NCBI GenBank assembly: GCA_002497075.1
Contig: DAML01000026.1
Span: 276 to 64,275, forward strand
Direction of reading: 5' to 3'
From: Methanomassiliicoccaceae archaeon UBA472
GTDB taxonomy: Archaea; Thermoplasmatota; Thermoplasmata; Methanomassiliicoccales; UBA472
Length of the DNA stretch: 64,000 nt
The notes beneath the pieces were generated by a model. That model ran no database searches. It was not told where the DNA came from and saw only the letters and a program-made list of their open reading frames with translations. Both the position numbers and the translations under genes were made by a program. Of the stretch, positions 29,701 through 37,973 are shown piece after piece. The number at the start of each line of letters is the position of its first letter. Position 1 is the stretch's first letter.

Positions 29701-31880
29701 TTCCTGAATACCTCGTTATGATCGGAGCCGTATAATTTGATCCCAACAGTAGAGCTTGGACCATTAGCGGGGTTGTCTGCGATGCAGGTGTTCTTATCCA
29801 GAATGTTGTACTGTGCATTCTCCAGCAATATACCGCAATTGCCATTGTCCTGGCAATAGTTGTTGAACAGGGTGTTGCTGGCAGAGGTGCCTATGACGAT
29901 TCCGTGCCCGATGTTCTGATTACAAGTGTTGTACGACAACAGATTCCTTTCAGAATAACCGACCGTTATGCCATGCATGGCGTTATTGTTGCAGGAGTTC
30001 AGAATTAACGTGTTGTCATCGCTGTCCGAGCTTAGCAAGATGCCATATGTGTTGCCGTCGCACACGTTGCCAGCGATCGTGCTGTCACTGGACTGGAAAA
30101 CCACGATGCCATCATAGTTCCCGGTGCAAGTGTTATTGAGCATCGACGAACCGGGAGAGTTGGATACGCTAATTCCGTCATAGTTTCCGGTGCAAGTGTT
30201 ATTGCTGACCGTGGAATTGGCAGAGGATTCGATCACTATCCCGACATTCCCGCTACAGGTGTTGTACGATATCGAATTGTTCGCCGAGCCGTCCAGCAGT
30301 ATACCTGTGTAGACATTATCTATGCAGGTGTTGTGGTCAATGTCGTTCAGCTGGGAAATGCCCGTAACGTATATGCCAAACTCATTATCGGTGCAGTTGT
30401 TCTCGGTGATCGAGTTGCCCGACGAATTATAGAGGAATAATCCGAAGGTGTTCCCATCGAGGTCGTTCCCAGACAACTCGTTGAGATCGGAATCGGAGAG
30501 GTATATACCGTCCGTGTTGAGCTCTCCGGTATTGTTCCGTATCACGCAGCGCTCAGAATTATCCAGCCATATCCCGGAATCCCCATTTTGGTAGACGGTG
30601 TTGGACGAAACTATGGTGTATGAGGAACCTTCGAGCCTAATTCCAGAACCGGCATTATCGTGGACGGTGTTGAAGGCAATGGTATTGTTTGGCGAGTTGA
30701 GGATGTAAATTCCGTAATAGTTGTCGCTGCAGTCGTTCCCTACCATGGTGTTGTACGACACCAGATAGGAACCTGACCACAGTTGAATGCCGTAGCATTC
30801 CCAAAGTGCGCCAGGGTACGAGCACTGATTGTTGAGAACCGTGTTGAATCGGCTATCGAAATAGCCGGATTTGATAATTATCCCGGCGTAGGCGTACCCG
30901 TTGCAGTGGTTGTCCGAGACGGTGTTGTTATTGGAGGAGTCGACCTCTATGCCGTTCCCTTCGTTGTCGAGGCAGGTGTTGGCGTGGACGGTGTTGTTGT
31001 CAGAGAGGGTGAGCAGTATCCCGCCGTAATTGTAACTGCAATTGTTCTCGATGAGGGCGTTGTAATGGGAATAGTCAAGAGTTATGGCCGCGGAACCGCT
31101 CAGGCCGTTGCTACAGTTATCCCTGAACAAGGTATTGTTGACCGCGTCGATCAGGGCGATGCCGGTCCCGCATGCGTATAAGGTATTGTTGGAAACGGTG
31201 TTGTTGGCGCTGAAGTCTATTGTGATGCCGCTGTTCTGAGAGCGGATGCAGATGTTACCGTTGATGACGTTCCAGTCGCTCTCCGATTGAACTAGTATCC
31301 CATCGAACGTGTCGTTGCAGGTGTTATTGTTTAAGATGTTATCGCTGGATTCGGTGAGATATACACCAGTTTGCCCACCCGAGCAGTTGTTGTAACGTAT
31401 CGCTACTTCGTTCGAACCGTCCAGGTAGACGCCCACATCGTTTTCCCTGCAATCGTTCCCGTTCACGACTATGTTCGAACAGGCCCCCAAATAGATTCCG
31501 AATGTGGTCTGGTTGCAGGAGTTGTTCTCCAGGACGACGTTCTGAACGTTGTAGAACCTTATCGCGTAGTTCGTGGGATCGTGCAGGACGCAGTCCTTGA
31601 TCACCAGGTATCGGTCGGTGTTCCTGATCCAGATCGCCGCATCATACGTGGCGGCATTGATGTCCAGGTTCTCGATTATGTAGGGATCTGCTTCCGTGCC
31701 TAAACCAGCCCAGGCAGGATTGCTGCCGAACAGGTCGTCCAATTCCGCGTTGCCGTCGACGCTGATGGGCATGAACGGATCTGCCGCCTCGGCAGAACCC
31801 GCCATCAATGTGGACAACAAGACTAGAGCAGTAAAGATCAACAGAACAGATCCGATATACTTACCGAACACCTTTTGCAT
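26709..31880 (-). CDS. giant cell-surface protein: signal peptide, about 870 aa of parallel beta-helix (PbH1/NosD-like) repeats, tandem Ig-like domains, carboxypeptidase-regulatory-like domain, C-terminal TM anchor
   Basis: 1723 aa. The N-terminus is a signal peptide ending AGSAEA. Repeats of about 22-23 aa of the type NNTCxxNxxGIxl recur dozens of times. The Ig-like modules contain W.GSD..SG...Y motifs. The C-terminus is VMVIAVLAIIAVVAVAAVVYFKKK. Confidence 0.85.
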   Translation of the reverse strand: MQKVFGKYIGSVLLIFTALVLLSTLMAGSAEAADPFMPISVDGNAELDDLFGSNPAWAGLGTEADPYIIENLDINAATYDAAIWIRNTDRYLVIKDCVLHDPTNYAIRFYNVQNVVLENNSCNQTTFGIYLGACSNIVVNGNDCRENDVGVYLDGSNEVAIRYNNCSGGQTGVYLTESSDNILNNNTCNDTFDGILVQSESDWNVINGNICIRSQNSGITIDFSANNTVSNNTLYACGTGIALIDAVNNTLFRDNCSNGLSGSAAITLDYSHYNALIENNCSYNYGGILLTLSDNNTVHANTCLDNEGNGIEVDSSNNNTVSDNHCNGYAYAGIIIKSGYFDSRFNTVLNNQCSYPGALWECYGIQLWSGSYLVSYNTMVGNDCSDNYYGIYILNSPNNTIAFNTVHDNAGSGIRLEGSSYTIVSSNTVYQNGDSGIWLDNSERCVIRNNTGELNTDGIYLSDSDLNELSGNDLDGNTFGLFLYNSSGNSITENNCTDNEFGIYVTGISQLNDIDHNTCIDNVYTGILLDGSANNSISYNTCSGNVGIVIESSANSTVSNNTCTGNYDGISVSNSPGSSMLNNTCTGNYDGIVVFQSSDSTIAGNVCDGNTYGILLSSDSDDNTLILNSCNNNAMHGITVGYSERNLLSYNTCNQNIGHGIVIGTSASNTLFNNYCQDNGNCGILLENAQYNILDKNTCIADNPANGPSSTVGIKLYGSDHNEVFRNICEHNGVGLIMDGSNFNSISFNELNYNNYFMGLRRSINVVSSSNNNITNNSCMGSDYGISISGGDDIRMEGNDFSNNADKGIEINNIWYDKARYVIANNTCIGNVYGIWVQGPLYDSRVINNTCEDNSMAGMYFEYRSYNNVIADNTLVNNHNGMILTGVGDDDCYGNTIANNTIESSMAYGISITSSTRNHIFGNVLIGNNGATSEYDPAHVQAYDSGENFWNDTEYGNLWADWTSPDSNGDGIVDEAYLIDGGASKDLLPLAVSVAITSPADGFATGETSVDISGTALSYFGVDHLTWHNAANDASGDCYGTDAWTAAVPLADGDNVITVTMVDLHGSEANASITVVLDVVPPTLEITYPAEGAYLGSSVTVTWNGSDAESGIDYYAVSIEGMFFVNVTGSSYTINDLADGTYTVLVSAYDAVGNYLDMAVSFTVDVTSPTVTIDSPADNFLSTDNSVTVIWNGSDIGSGVDRYEVSWEGGSPVTLLPSVNTYTFNGLSDGSHVLTVTIYDKAGRSSSDSVTVKVDIQAPSLSITYPAEGGYVANSEVTVTWAGFDAGTGITYYTVSMEGSFSINTTGSSYTINDLEDGTYTVMVSAYDALGNCRDEVVTFIVDTIAPTLEIDTPEEGQLFNVTSVTVTWTTSDVNPGTIQIRFDGEPWVLVYEEQFVKLALTAGPHAVYVKVTDAAGNFAISSGNFTLDLDDPVVVIVSPAEGALLNDTVGTVEWTAEDPTSSLNGTFVRVDGGNWTELGSATAWIYSLEDGAHTIEVKVTDAAGNSATATVNFTVDTTAPTAEVSPTGDQASLSPLIVVEFSELMNQTSVEITVDGVEGSVDWSGNTATLTLSQRLAYGTAHNVTVTGTDLAGNSMTTSWTFSTLSVGSVQGKLVNGDGDPLEGIEVRLSNGDNVTTDSQGSFLFEQVGEGNYTLTVDADGYEVLSMSVESAAEGITDLGELTLVSADDGGENGGTPWVMVIAVLAIIAVVAVAAVVYFKKK

Positions 31881-32076
31881 ACGAATGTCCCCCTTGAATG
31901 AAATGGGACCTTATGGGAGGACCGCCATTAATGGTTTCGCCGCAAATTTTCATTTCATGAACGAACTGGACGCGTTCGGATCACCTTAGTTTCGGCAGAT
32001 GGGGCAAGGGAGAACGGACCGTTCCGCCCCGAGAAATGACAATTCTTTAATAGTCAGTTCGCCAACGGTGGACCGG

Positions 32077-33315
32077 ATGCTCCTAAAGCTGCCATACGGC
32101 GAAGGCGGATTGCTCAAGGCGAAGGTTCCCAATGAAAATCTGGCCGGGATCGTCGGACCGCACGAGGTCCACTGCGCACCGGACGAGATCGAAAGGGCGC
32201 TCTCCAAGCCGTTCGGCCGTGCCCTGGATTCGTTCCTGAAGGACGCGGAGGACGTGGTCTTCCTGGTCAATGACGGAACGAGACCGACGCCTACCTCGAA
32301 GGTGCTGAACGTTTTGGCGGGCCATATGGACCTGAAGAAGGCGCGCTATCTTATCGCCACCGGCGCTCACCGGGGACCGACCGAGGGGGAGCTGAAGTTC
32401 ATATTCGGAGATCATCTGGACGAGCTGCGAAACCAGATCGTCGTCCACGATGCCAGGCGTTCCAATTGCGTTCATCTGGGCGTTTCCAAGAACGGCACGG
32501 AAATGGACGTGAACGAGATAGCGGTGAACGCCGACCGCCTGATCATCATCACCAGCGTGGAGCCGCACTACTTCGCCGGCTACACCGGAGGTCGTAAGTC
32601 CTTCCTCCCCGGCGTCGCTTCCTTCCGCACCATCGAGCAGAATCACCGCCTGGCCATGCGCCCCGAGGCACAGACCCTCGTTCTGGAAGGCAACCCGGTC
32701 CACGAGGACATGATGGACGCCCTTTCGGTCGTCAAGAAGGAGATATTCTCCATCCAGGTGGTATTGGACCGCCACCAGCGCATCTACAAGGCCGCGGCGG
32801 GCGACCTGCACAAAGCGTTCCGGCAGGCGGTGGAATGGGCCGATGAAGTGTTCTCGATCACCATCAAGCAGCGCTACGACGCCGTGATAACCGTCGCCCC
32901 TTACCCCATGGACGTCGACCTCTACCAATCGCAGAAGGCCATCGACAACGCCAAATGGGCGCTGAAGGACGGAGGGACGCTCATATTGGTGGCAAAGTGC
33001 CGCGAGGGCATGGGCGAGGAGACCTTCGCCAAACAGCTGTCATTCTCACCGGACAAGAGGAAGGTCCTCAAGAACCTGGAGAAGGAGTACAAGCTCGGAT
33101 ATCACAAAGCCGCCAAGGTGGCCGAGGTGATGTGCTCTGCCGATCTCTGGGCGGTTACCGCCCTCGGTCCTGATAAACTAAGGGAAATGGGCATAGTTCC
33201 GTACGGCACATTGCAGGAAGCGGTCGACTCGCTCCTGAGGGAAAAACCAAAAGCCCAGGTCCTCGTTCTGCTGGACGGCAGCGTGACCGTGCCGAAGGTG
33301 CGTGAAGATGAGTGA
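32077..33315 (+). CDS. larA: LarA-family nickel-pincer-dependent 2-hydroxyacid racemase/epimerase (DUF2088)
   Basis: The motif block VNDGTRPTP, ATGAHRG and VEPHYFAGYTGGRKSFLPG (with the conserved Lys) is typical of lactate racemase LarA. I chose the ATG at 32077, about 25-30 nt downstream of ttctttaatag. Confidence 0.8.
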   Translation: MLLKLPYGEGGLLKAKVPNENLAGIVGPHEVHCAPDEIERALSKPFGRALDSFLKDAEDVVFLVNDGTRPTPTSKVLNVLAGHMDLKKARYLIATGAHRGPTEGELKFIFGDHLDELRNQIVVHDARRSNCVHLGVSKNGTEMDVNEIAVNADRLIIITSVEPHYFAGYTGGRKSFLPGVASFRTIEQNHRLAMRPEAQTLVLEGNPVHEDMMDALSVVKKEIFSIQVVLDRHQRIYKAAAGDLHKAFRQAVEWADEVFSITIKQRYDAVITVAPYPMDVDLYQSQKAIDNAKWALKDGGTLILVAKCREGMGEETFAKQLSFSPDKRKVLKNLEKEYKLGYHKAAKVAEVMCSADLWAVTALGPDKLREMGIVPYGTLQEAVDSLLREKPKAQVLVLLDGSVTVPKVREDE

Positions 33316-34408
33316 GACGATCGAGGCGACCAACCTCCGCAAGATGAAGAAGGAGCTGATGACCTGCACCTATTGCGGGTTCTGCAAGAGCGTCTGCCCG
33401 ACATTCCAGAGGGTGGGCTGGGACCCCTCCGTCGCCCGAGGCAGGATGGTCCTTGCGTACGGCCTATTGCAGAAGGAGATACCCGCCGATCCGTCCGTTC
33501 TTGAATACCTGTACCAGTGCACCACCTGCAAGGACTGTGAGAGGAGATGCCCTTCCAAGATCTCCGTCGTCGATGTGGTGGAGAGCGCCCGCCGCGATCT
33601 GGTGGCTGCGGGGCACATGCTACCGAAGCACAAGGCCATGGTTGAAAAGGTAATCGCCACCGGCAATCCTTACGGCGAGAAGAAGAGCGTTCCTGATACG
33701 CTTGGTTCCCAACCGAAAAAGGCCAAGGTCGGCTACTTCGTCGGCTGCACCGCGACGTATCGCGATAGGGCTTTGGCGGACGCCACAATGTCGATCCTGC
33801 GCAAGATAGGCGAGGATTTTACGCTCATAAACGAGAACTGCTGCGGCTCCGTTCTGCAGCGCATAGGCGTGGACGAGGTGGAAGTGGAGAAGCTCTGGGA
33901 GAGCAACGTGAAAAGCATCCGCTCCCTCGGTGTTGAAAAGGTCGTCTTCTCCTGCGCTGGCTGCTACCGCATGTTCAAGGAGGAGTATCCTAAGAAGCTT
34001 GACCTGGGGTTCGAAGTACTTCACATCACGGAATACCTGGCCTCCAAGGACCTGAAGATGAAGCCGTTCGAAGGGATCATAACATACCATGACCCGTGCC
34101 ATCTGGGAAGACATTGCCATGTGTACGACGCTCCCCGTGCCGTGCTGGCCAAGATACCTGGCGCCCAGTTCAAGGAGATGCCTCGCAATCGGGATACGTC
34201 GGCCTGCTGCGGAGGCGGCGGAGGCGTTCGCTCCGCTTATCCCGAGCTGTCCAAGGAGATAGCCGCTCGTCGAGTGGAAGAAGCGTCCTTCGCCGACCTG
34301 CTGGTGACGACCTGCCCGTTCTGCGTGAACAATCTGAAGGCCGGGGCCTCCGGACGTCCGTCCCCGGAGATAATCGACCTGGTGCAACTGGTCGACAGGC
34401 TGCTGTGA
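33308..34408 (+). CDS. (Fe-S)-binding protein with two CCG domains (GlcF / LutA / HdrD-like), second paralog
   Basis: CTYCGFCKSVCP and CTTCKDCERRCP ferredoxin motifs, followed by NCCG...CAGC and HDPCH...CCGGGGG...CPFC. The start overlaps the larA stop. Confidence 0.8.
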   Translation: MSETIEATNLRKMKKELMTCTYCGFCKSVCPTFQRVGWDPSVARGRMVLAYGLLQKEIPADPSVLEYLYQCTTCKDCERRCPSKISVVDVVESARRDLVAAGHMLPKHKAMVEKVIATGNPYGEKKSVPDTLGSQPKKAKVGYFVGCTATYRDRALADATMSILRKIGEDFTLINENCCGSVLQRIGVDEVEVEKLWESNVKSIRSLGVEKVVFSCAGCYRMFKEEYPKKLDLGFEVLHITEYLASKDLKMKPFEGIITYHDPCHLGRHCHVYDAPRAVLAKIPGAQFKEMPRNRDTSACCGGGGGVRSAYPELSKEIAARRVEEASFADLLVTTCPFCVNNLKAGASGRPSPEIIDLVQLVDRLL

Positions 34409-34414
34409 GGGGAC

Positions 34415-35575
34415 ATGGCTAGAGTTCGAACTTACCGCAACTACCAGGAGGCTTGGGGGGAATGGCGCCGGCTAGGAATACCGGACGGAGCGTTCACTAG
34501 GTTCGATCTGGCATCCAGGCAGTTCATTTTCATCGATTCCATCAGCAAGGAAGAGGTGAGCGCGCTCCAGGAAGAGCTGGCGCCTAAAAAAACGACGGTC
34601 CTGCCGTGCCGCGGAGACCGCGTTCTGGTCACCATCACCCCCCTTACCCTGGAGAACCTCCTGATGACCGGCGCCTCACCGAGGGTGTTGGAGATGGGCG
34701 AAGCGCTGCGTTTCCGCAACGAAGTGGAACCGCCATTGTTCGAGTGGTCGGACGGTTCGTTAGATCTATCGAAGCCGAGGGTCGTGGGCATTCTTAACCT
34801 GACCCCGGATTCCTTCTCCGACGGTGGACGGAATCCTGACGTGGACACGGCGGTGCAACGAGCTCTCGCCATGAAGGATGAGGGCGCGGACATCATCGAC
34901 ATTGGAGGAGAGTCCACCCGGCCTGGCTCGGCGCCAGTATCTCCGGACGAAGAATGGTCCCGGATCTCCGAGGTCGTAAGGAGAGTGAGCGAGGAGGCCG
35001 GTGTTCCGGTATCTGTAGATACTCGGCGTCCCGAGGTCGCGAGGAAAGCGCTTCGCGCGGGAGCGGTCATCGTGAACGACGTTTCCGGCCTCCAGGAGAA
35101 CATGGCCCAGGTGGTCCGTGACGAGGGGGCGGCCGCTGTCGTCATGCATATGCGAGGGGAACCGTCCAACATGCAGAACGACACCAGATACGTGGACGTG
35201 GTCGGGGACGTATACGCCTTCCTTGAGGGCCGGGTGAGAAAGGCCGTCGCCGGCGGGGTCCCGATGGAAAGACTGGCGATAGATCCTGGGCTGGGGTTCG
35301 CCAAGGACGTCGATGGCAACTTGGAGATCATGTCACGATTGGACGAGTTCAGATCGATGGGGCGTCCAGTTCTATTGGGGGCGTCCAGGAAGGCCTTCCT
35401 GGGGAAGATCTCCGGCGGCGGACCGGAGGACCGTTTGGAAGCCAGTCTGGCCGCTGTGGCCGTGGCCTGCTGGCAGGGCGTTCACCTCTTCCGGGTGCAT
35501 GATGTAAAAGAGACGGTGAGGGCTCTCAAGGCGGTCAGCGCCATGAGGGCGGGGATCAGCCCAAGGTCACCATGA
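34415..35575 (+). CDS. folP: dihydropteroate synthase with about 115-aa N-terminal extension
   Basis: The core motifs GILNLTPDSFSDGG, DIGGESTRPG and DPGLGFAK are present. The N-terminal 115 aa match no family I recognise. Confidence 0.85.
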   Translation: MARVRTYRNYQEAWGEWRRLGIPDGAFTRFDLASRQFIFIDSISKEEVSALQEELAPKKTTVLPCRGDRVLVTITPLTLENLLMTGASPRVLEMGEALRFRNEVEPPLFEWSDGSLDLSKPRVVGILNLTPDSFSDGGRNPDVDTAVQRALAMKDEGADIIDIGGESTRPGSAPVSPDEEWSRISEVVRRVSEEAGVPVSVDTRRPEVARKALRAGAVIVNDVSGLQENMAQVVRDEGAAAVVMHMRGEPSNMQNDTRYVDVVGDVYAFLEGRVRKAVAGGVPMERLAIDPGLGFAKDVDGNLEIMSRLDEFRSMGRPVLLGASRKAFLGKISGGGPEDRLEASLAAVAVACWQGVHLFRVHDVKETVRALKAVSAMRAGISPRSP

Positions 35576-35750
35576 TGGTTATGGCGATAAGGAGAACCGC
35601 CGCGATCCCGAAGAAGACCATGTTCCTGGTGCGCTCCTTCTTAGCCTCGCTTTCCGCAGCGGCCTTGCACTCGTCGGAGCAGTACTCCTGACCCACATCG
35701 ACAGGATCGTCGCAGCGAAGGCAATGGGAGTGTTCGGGAAGCAGGCTCAT
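35556..35750 (-). CDS. small zinc-ribbon plus TM protein (DUF2116-like)
   Basis: 64 aa: CLRCDDPV...YCSDEC, then a basic linker and a C-terminal TM helix (MVFFGIAAVLLIAITIMV). Confidence 0.6.
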   Translation of the reverse strand: MSLLPEHSHCLRCDDPVDVGQEYCSDECKAAAESEAKKERTRNMVFFGIAAVLLIAITIMVTLG

Positions 35751-35783
35751 AATATCTCCAAAGGAAAAGGGGATGATAAGGGT

Positions 35784-36371
35784 TTAGGCGGGACGCAGGA
35801 ACAGCGAGCCCGTTCCGGCGGCCATCAGCACCTTCAGGGCGTCCACGGTCGCGAACGGGACCACCCCTAGAAGAATGGCCTCCCCCACGTCCAGACCCAG
35901 GAACAAGGCCAGCTGCGCCGCGCCGAGAGCGTAGATGATCAGCACGCCCAGGGACATGGCGGCCAGCACTTGGCTCGTGCTCCAGTCCTTCCGGCGCTCC
36001 ACCATCTCACCGAGGACCATCGAGGCCAAAACGAATCCGAGCAGATATCCGCCGGTCGGTCCGAGAAGAGCCGCGAAACCGGCCATGCCGCTGAACCAGC
36101 CGAGCGCCGCCCCCATTCCCAGGTACATGCCCTGGCCTAGGGCGCCGTACCTTCCCAGGACGACCGCCCCCAGCAAAACCAGCAGCACCTGGCCAGTGAA
36201 CGGCACTGGGGTGAACGGCAGCACTATGCGAACCTGCGCGGCTAACGCCATTAGGAGAGCGAGAAAGAACGCCGCGCTGACCTTGGTGACGACGCTGGAC
36301 TCCTCCCTCCATTTGTAGAGAGGTGCGGACGTCGCTCTTCGCCAGCCGTGGACCGTGTCAAACACTTGCAT
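35784..36371 (-). CDS. bioY: biotin transporter BioY
   Basis: About 196 aa membrane protein with BioY-type motifs (PFTPVPFTGQVLLVLLGAVVLG and GPTGGYLLGFV). I chose the ATG at 36371; the upstream part of the ORF has no membrane or family character. Confidence 0.8.
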   Translation of the reverse strand: MQVFDTVHGWRRATSAPLYKWREESSVVTKVSAAFFLALLMALAAQVRIVLPFTPVPFTGQVLLVLLGAVVLGRYGALGQGMYLGMGAALGWFSGMAGFAALLGPTGGYLLGFVLASMVLGEMVERRKDWSTSQVLAAMSLGVLIIYALGAAQLALFLGLDVGEAILLGVVPFATVDALKVLMAAGTGSLFLRPA

Positions 36372-36456
36372 GGGTCTTGCAGTATGAGCGACCGCCAAAT
36401 AAACATTTCCCGACCGAGGGCAAGCTTTAATTGCCAGCAGGGGGTTTTTGGCCTTC

Positions 36457-36855
36457 ATGTGGAAGGTCTTCGGAGAGGAAGGGGTCATGGTCCAGTTCGG
36501 GCCGCTCTGGAAAGAAAGGATGATAGAGCTGTCCAAGCGCCGGAAGGACCGAGCAAGGTTCCTCGAGCTCCTGGAGAAGGCGGACATCACGCACTATCTG
36601 GACATACACCAGCGTTTGCACGTGTTCCGCATGGACCTGCCCGCCACCTGCACCAAGGATGACGTTGAGTTCTTGAAGAGCTTCGTGCAGCGCGTCATCA
36701 AGAGCACGGAGTATCCCATGGTCGATCTGGATGATGAAGAACAGAGGGCCGCCCTTGTCATCTCCGCCGAGGAGGCGGAGGACGAGCACACCTCCCGTAT
36801 GTCCGGCTGGTACAAGATGAAGCAGGACGAGGACCGGAAGAGGCAGGGGAACTAG
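36457..36855 (+). CDS. hypothetical acidic protein
   Basis: About 132 aa with coding-like GC3 bias. gctttaatt lies about 27-32 nt upstream of the ATG at 36457, suggesting a leaderless transcript. I recognise no family. Confidence 0.45.
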   Translation: MWKVFGEEGVMVQFGPLWKERMIELSKRRKDRARFLELLEKADITHYLDIHQRLHVFRMDLPATCTKDDVEFLKSFVQRVIKSTEYPMVDLDDEEQRAALVISAEEAEDEHTSRMSGWYKMKQDEDRKRQGN

Positions 36856-37961
36856 GCCCTGTCGGCCATCCGTTCCAACCGATCCAGCTTCTCTCCGGGA
36901 TCGCCGGAGTTCTGCGCTTTCACCCAGTTCTTCAGTTTATCGAATCCTCTGCCGCTCTCCAGGATGTCCATGGCCTTCGCGACGCCTTCTTCGAGCGAAC
37001 CGGCGTTTCCGTTCAGATAGAGGATCGGAGCGGTGTTCAAGGCCACCATGTCCCTCCGGGAGCCTTTCTCCTTCCCCATGAGCACCCGGATGAAGCGCAA
37101 CGCTTCCTCATCCCGGTCCAGGGTGCTCAAGATATCCTTTTCTTCACCGAGGGATATCCCCATTTTCTTTGGGGTGATTTTGTAACTGGTGACATCCCCA
37201 TCCTCGTGGAACTCGGCGATGATCGTCGCTCCTAACGTGGAAAGCTCGTCCATCCCTCGTTCACCGCTGCCGTCCAGTCCGTGGGCGACGATGCCTTTGC
37301 GGTAGCCCATCTCCCTCATGGTCTTGGCCAGGGGCAGTACCAGCTCCCGGGAGTAGACGCCGCGCACACCAACCTCCGGTGAAGCTGGATTGGCCAGCGA
37401 TCCGGCCACGTTCAGTATCGTTCCGAAACGTATCTGCGACAGTATGCGGTACAGCGCCTGCGGATGCACTTTCGCGCTCATGCCGTTGAAGAGACCGATG
37501 CCGGCCACCTCTACGCTGCGCTTTACGACCGAAACGTCGCACTCCACGTCCACGCCTAGCGTTTCTGCCATGTCCACGATGCCGCACTTGGAAGTGATCG
37601 CCCGGGCTCCGTGCTTGGCCATGTAGGCACCTCCGGCGGCGGCCACAACGGACGATAAGGTGCTCACGTTGAAGGTCTTGATGCGGTCCATGCCGGTGCC
37701 GCAGTTCTCCACCAGGAACCCGTCGACCTCTGGCCTGGCTTTCACCGTATCGATCTCGAATATCGCTTCCCAGCTGCCGGCGATCTCCTCCGGGGTCGGC
37801 CTTGCGGAAGTGAGCGCGGCCAAGAACGCTCCCTGCTGCAGGTCCGGCTGTTTGTTCAGAAGGACGTCGCGGAACATGTCCCTGGCCCTCTGCCGTCCTA
37901 TGTGCTCTCCCCTGATCAGTGCGTCCACCGACGCCCCGAACTCCCTAAGCTCGTTCTCCAT
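36852..37961 (-). CDS. anthranilate phosphoribosyltransferase family (glycosyltransferase family 3) paralog
   Basis: 369 aa with TrpD-like architecture. The signature CGTGGDG..TFNIST is changed to CGTGMDRIKTFNVST. There are no other trp genes nearby. Confidence 0.7.
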   Translation of the reverse strand: MENELREFGASVDALIRGEHIGRQRARDMFRDVLLNKQPDLQQGAFLAALTSARPTPEEIAGSWEAIFEIDTVKARPEVDGFLVENCGTGMDRIKTFNVSTLSSVVAAAGGAYMAKHGARAITSKCGIVDMAETLGVDVECDVSVVKRSVEVAGIGLFNGMSAKVHPQALYRILSQIRFGTILNVAGSLANPASPEVGVRGVYSRELVLPLAKTMREMGYRKGIVAHGLDGSGERGMDELSTLGATIIAEFHEDGDVTSYKITPKKMGISLGEEKDILSTLDRDEEALRFIRVLMGKEKGSRRDMVALNTAPILYLNGNAGSLEEGVAKAMDILESGRGFDKLKNWVKAQNSGDPGEKLDRLERMADRA

Positions 37962-37973
37962 GATGTTCCCTCT

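Noticed and set aside
29200-31400. Highly periodic, AT-richer DNA that at first glance resembles a repeat array.
   Set aside because: The period is about 66-69 nt, it is in frame, and it is imperfect. It encodes the 22-23-residue coils of a parallel beta-helix inside one intact 5.2-kb ORF. It is not a CRISPR array or a non-coding satellite.
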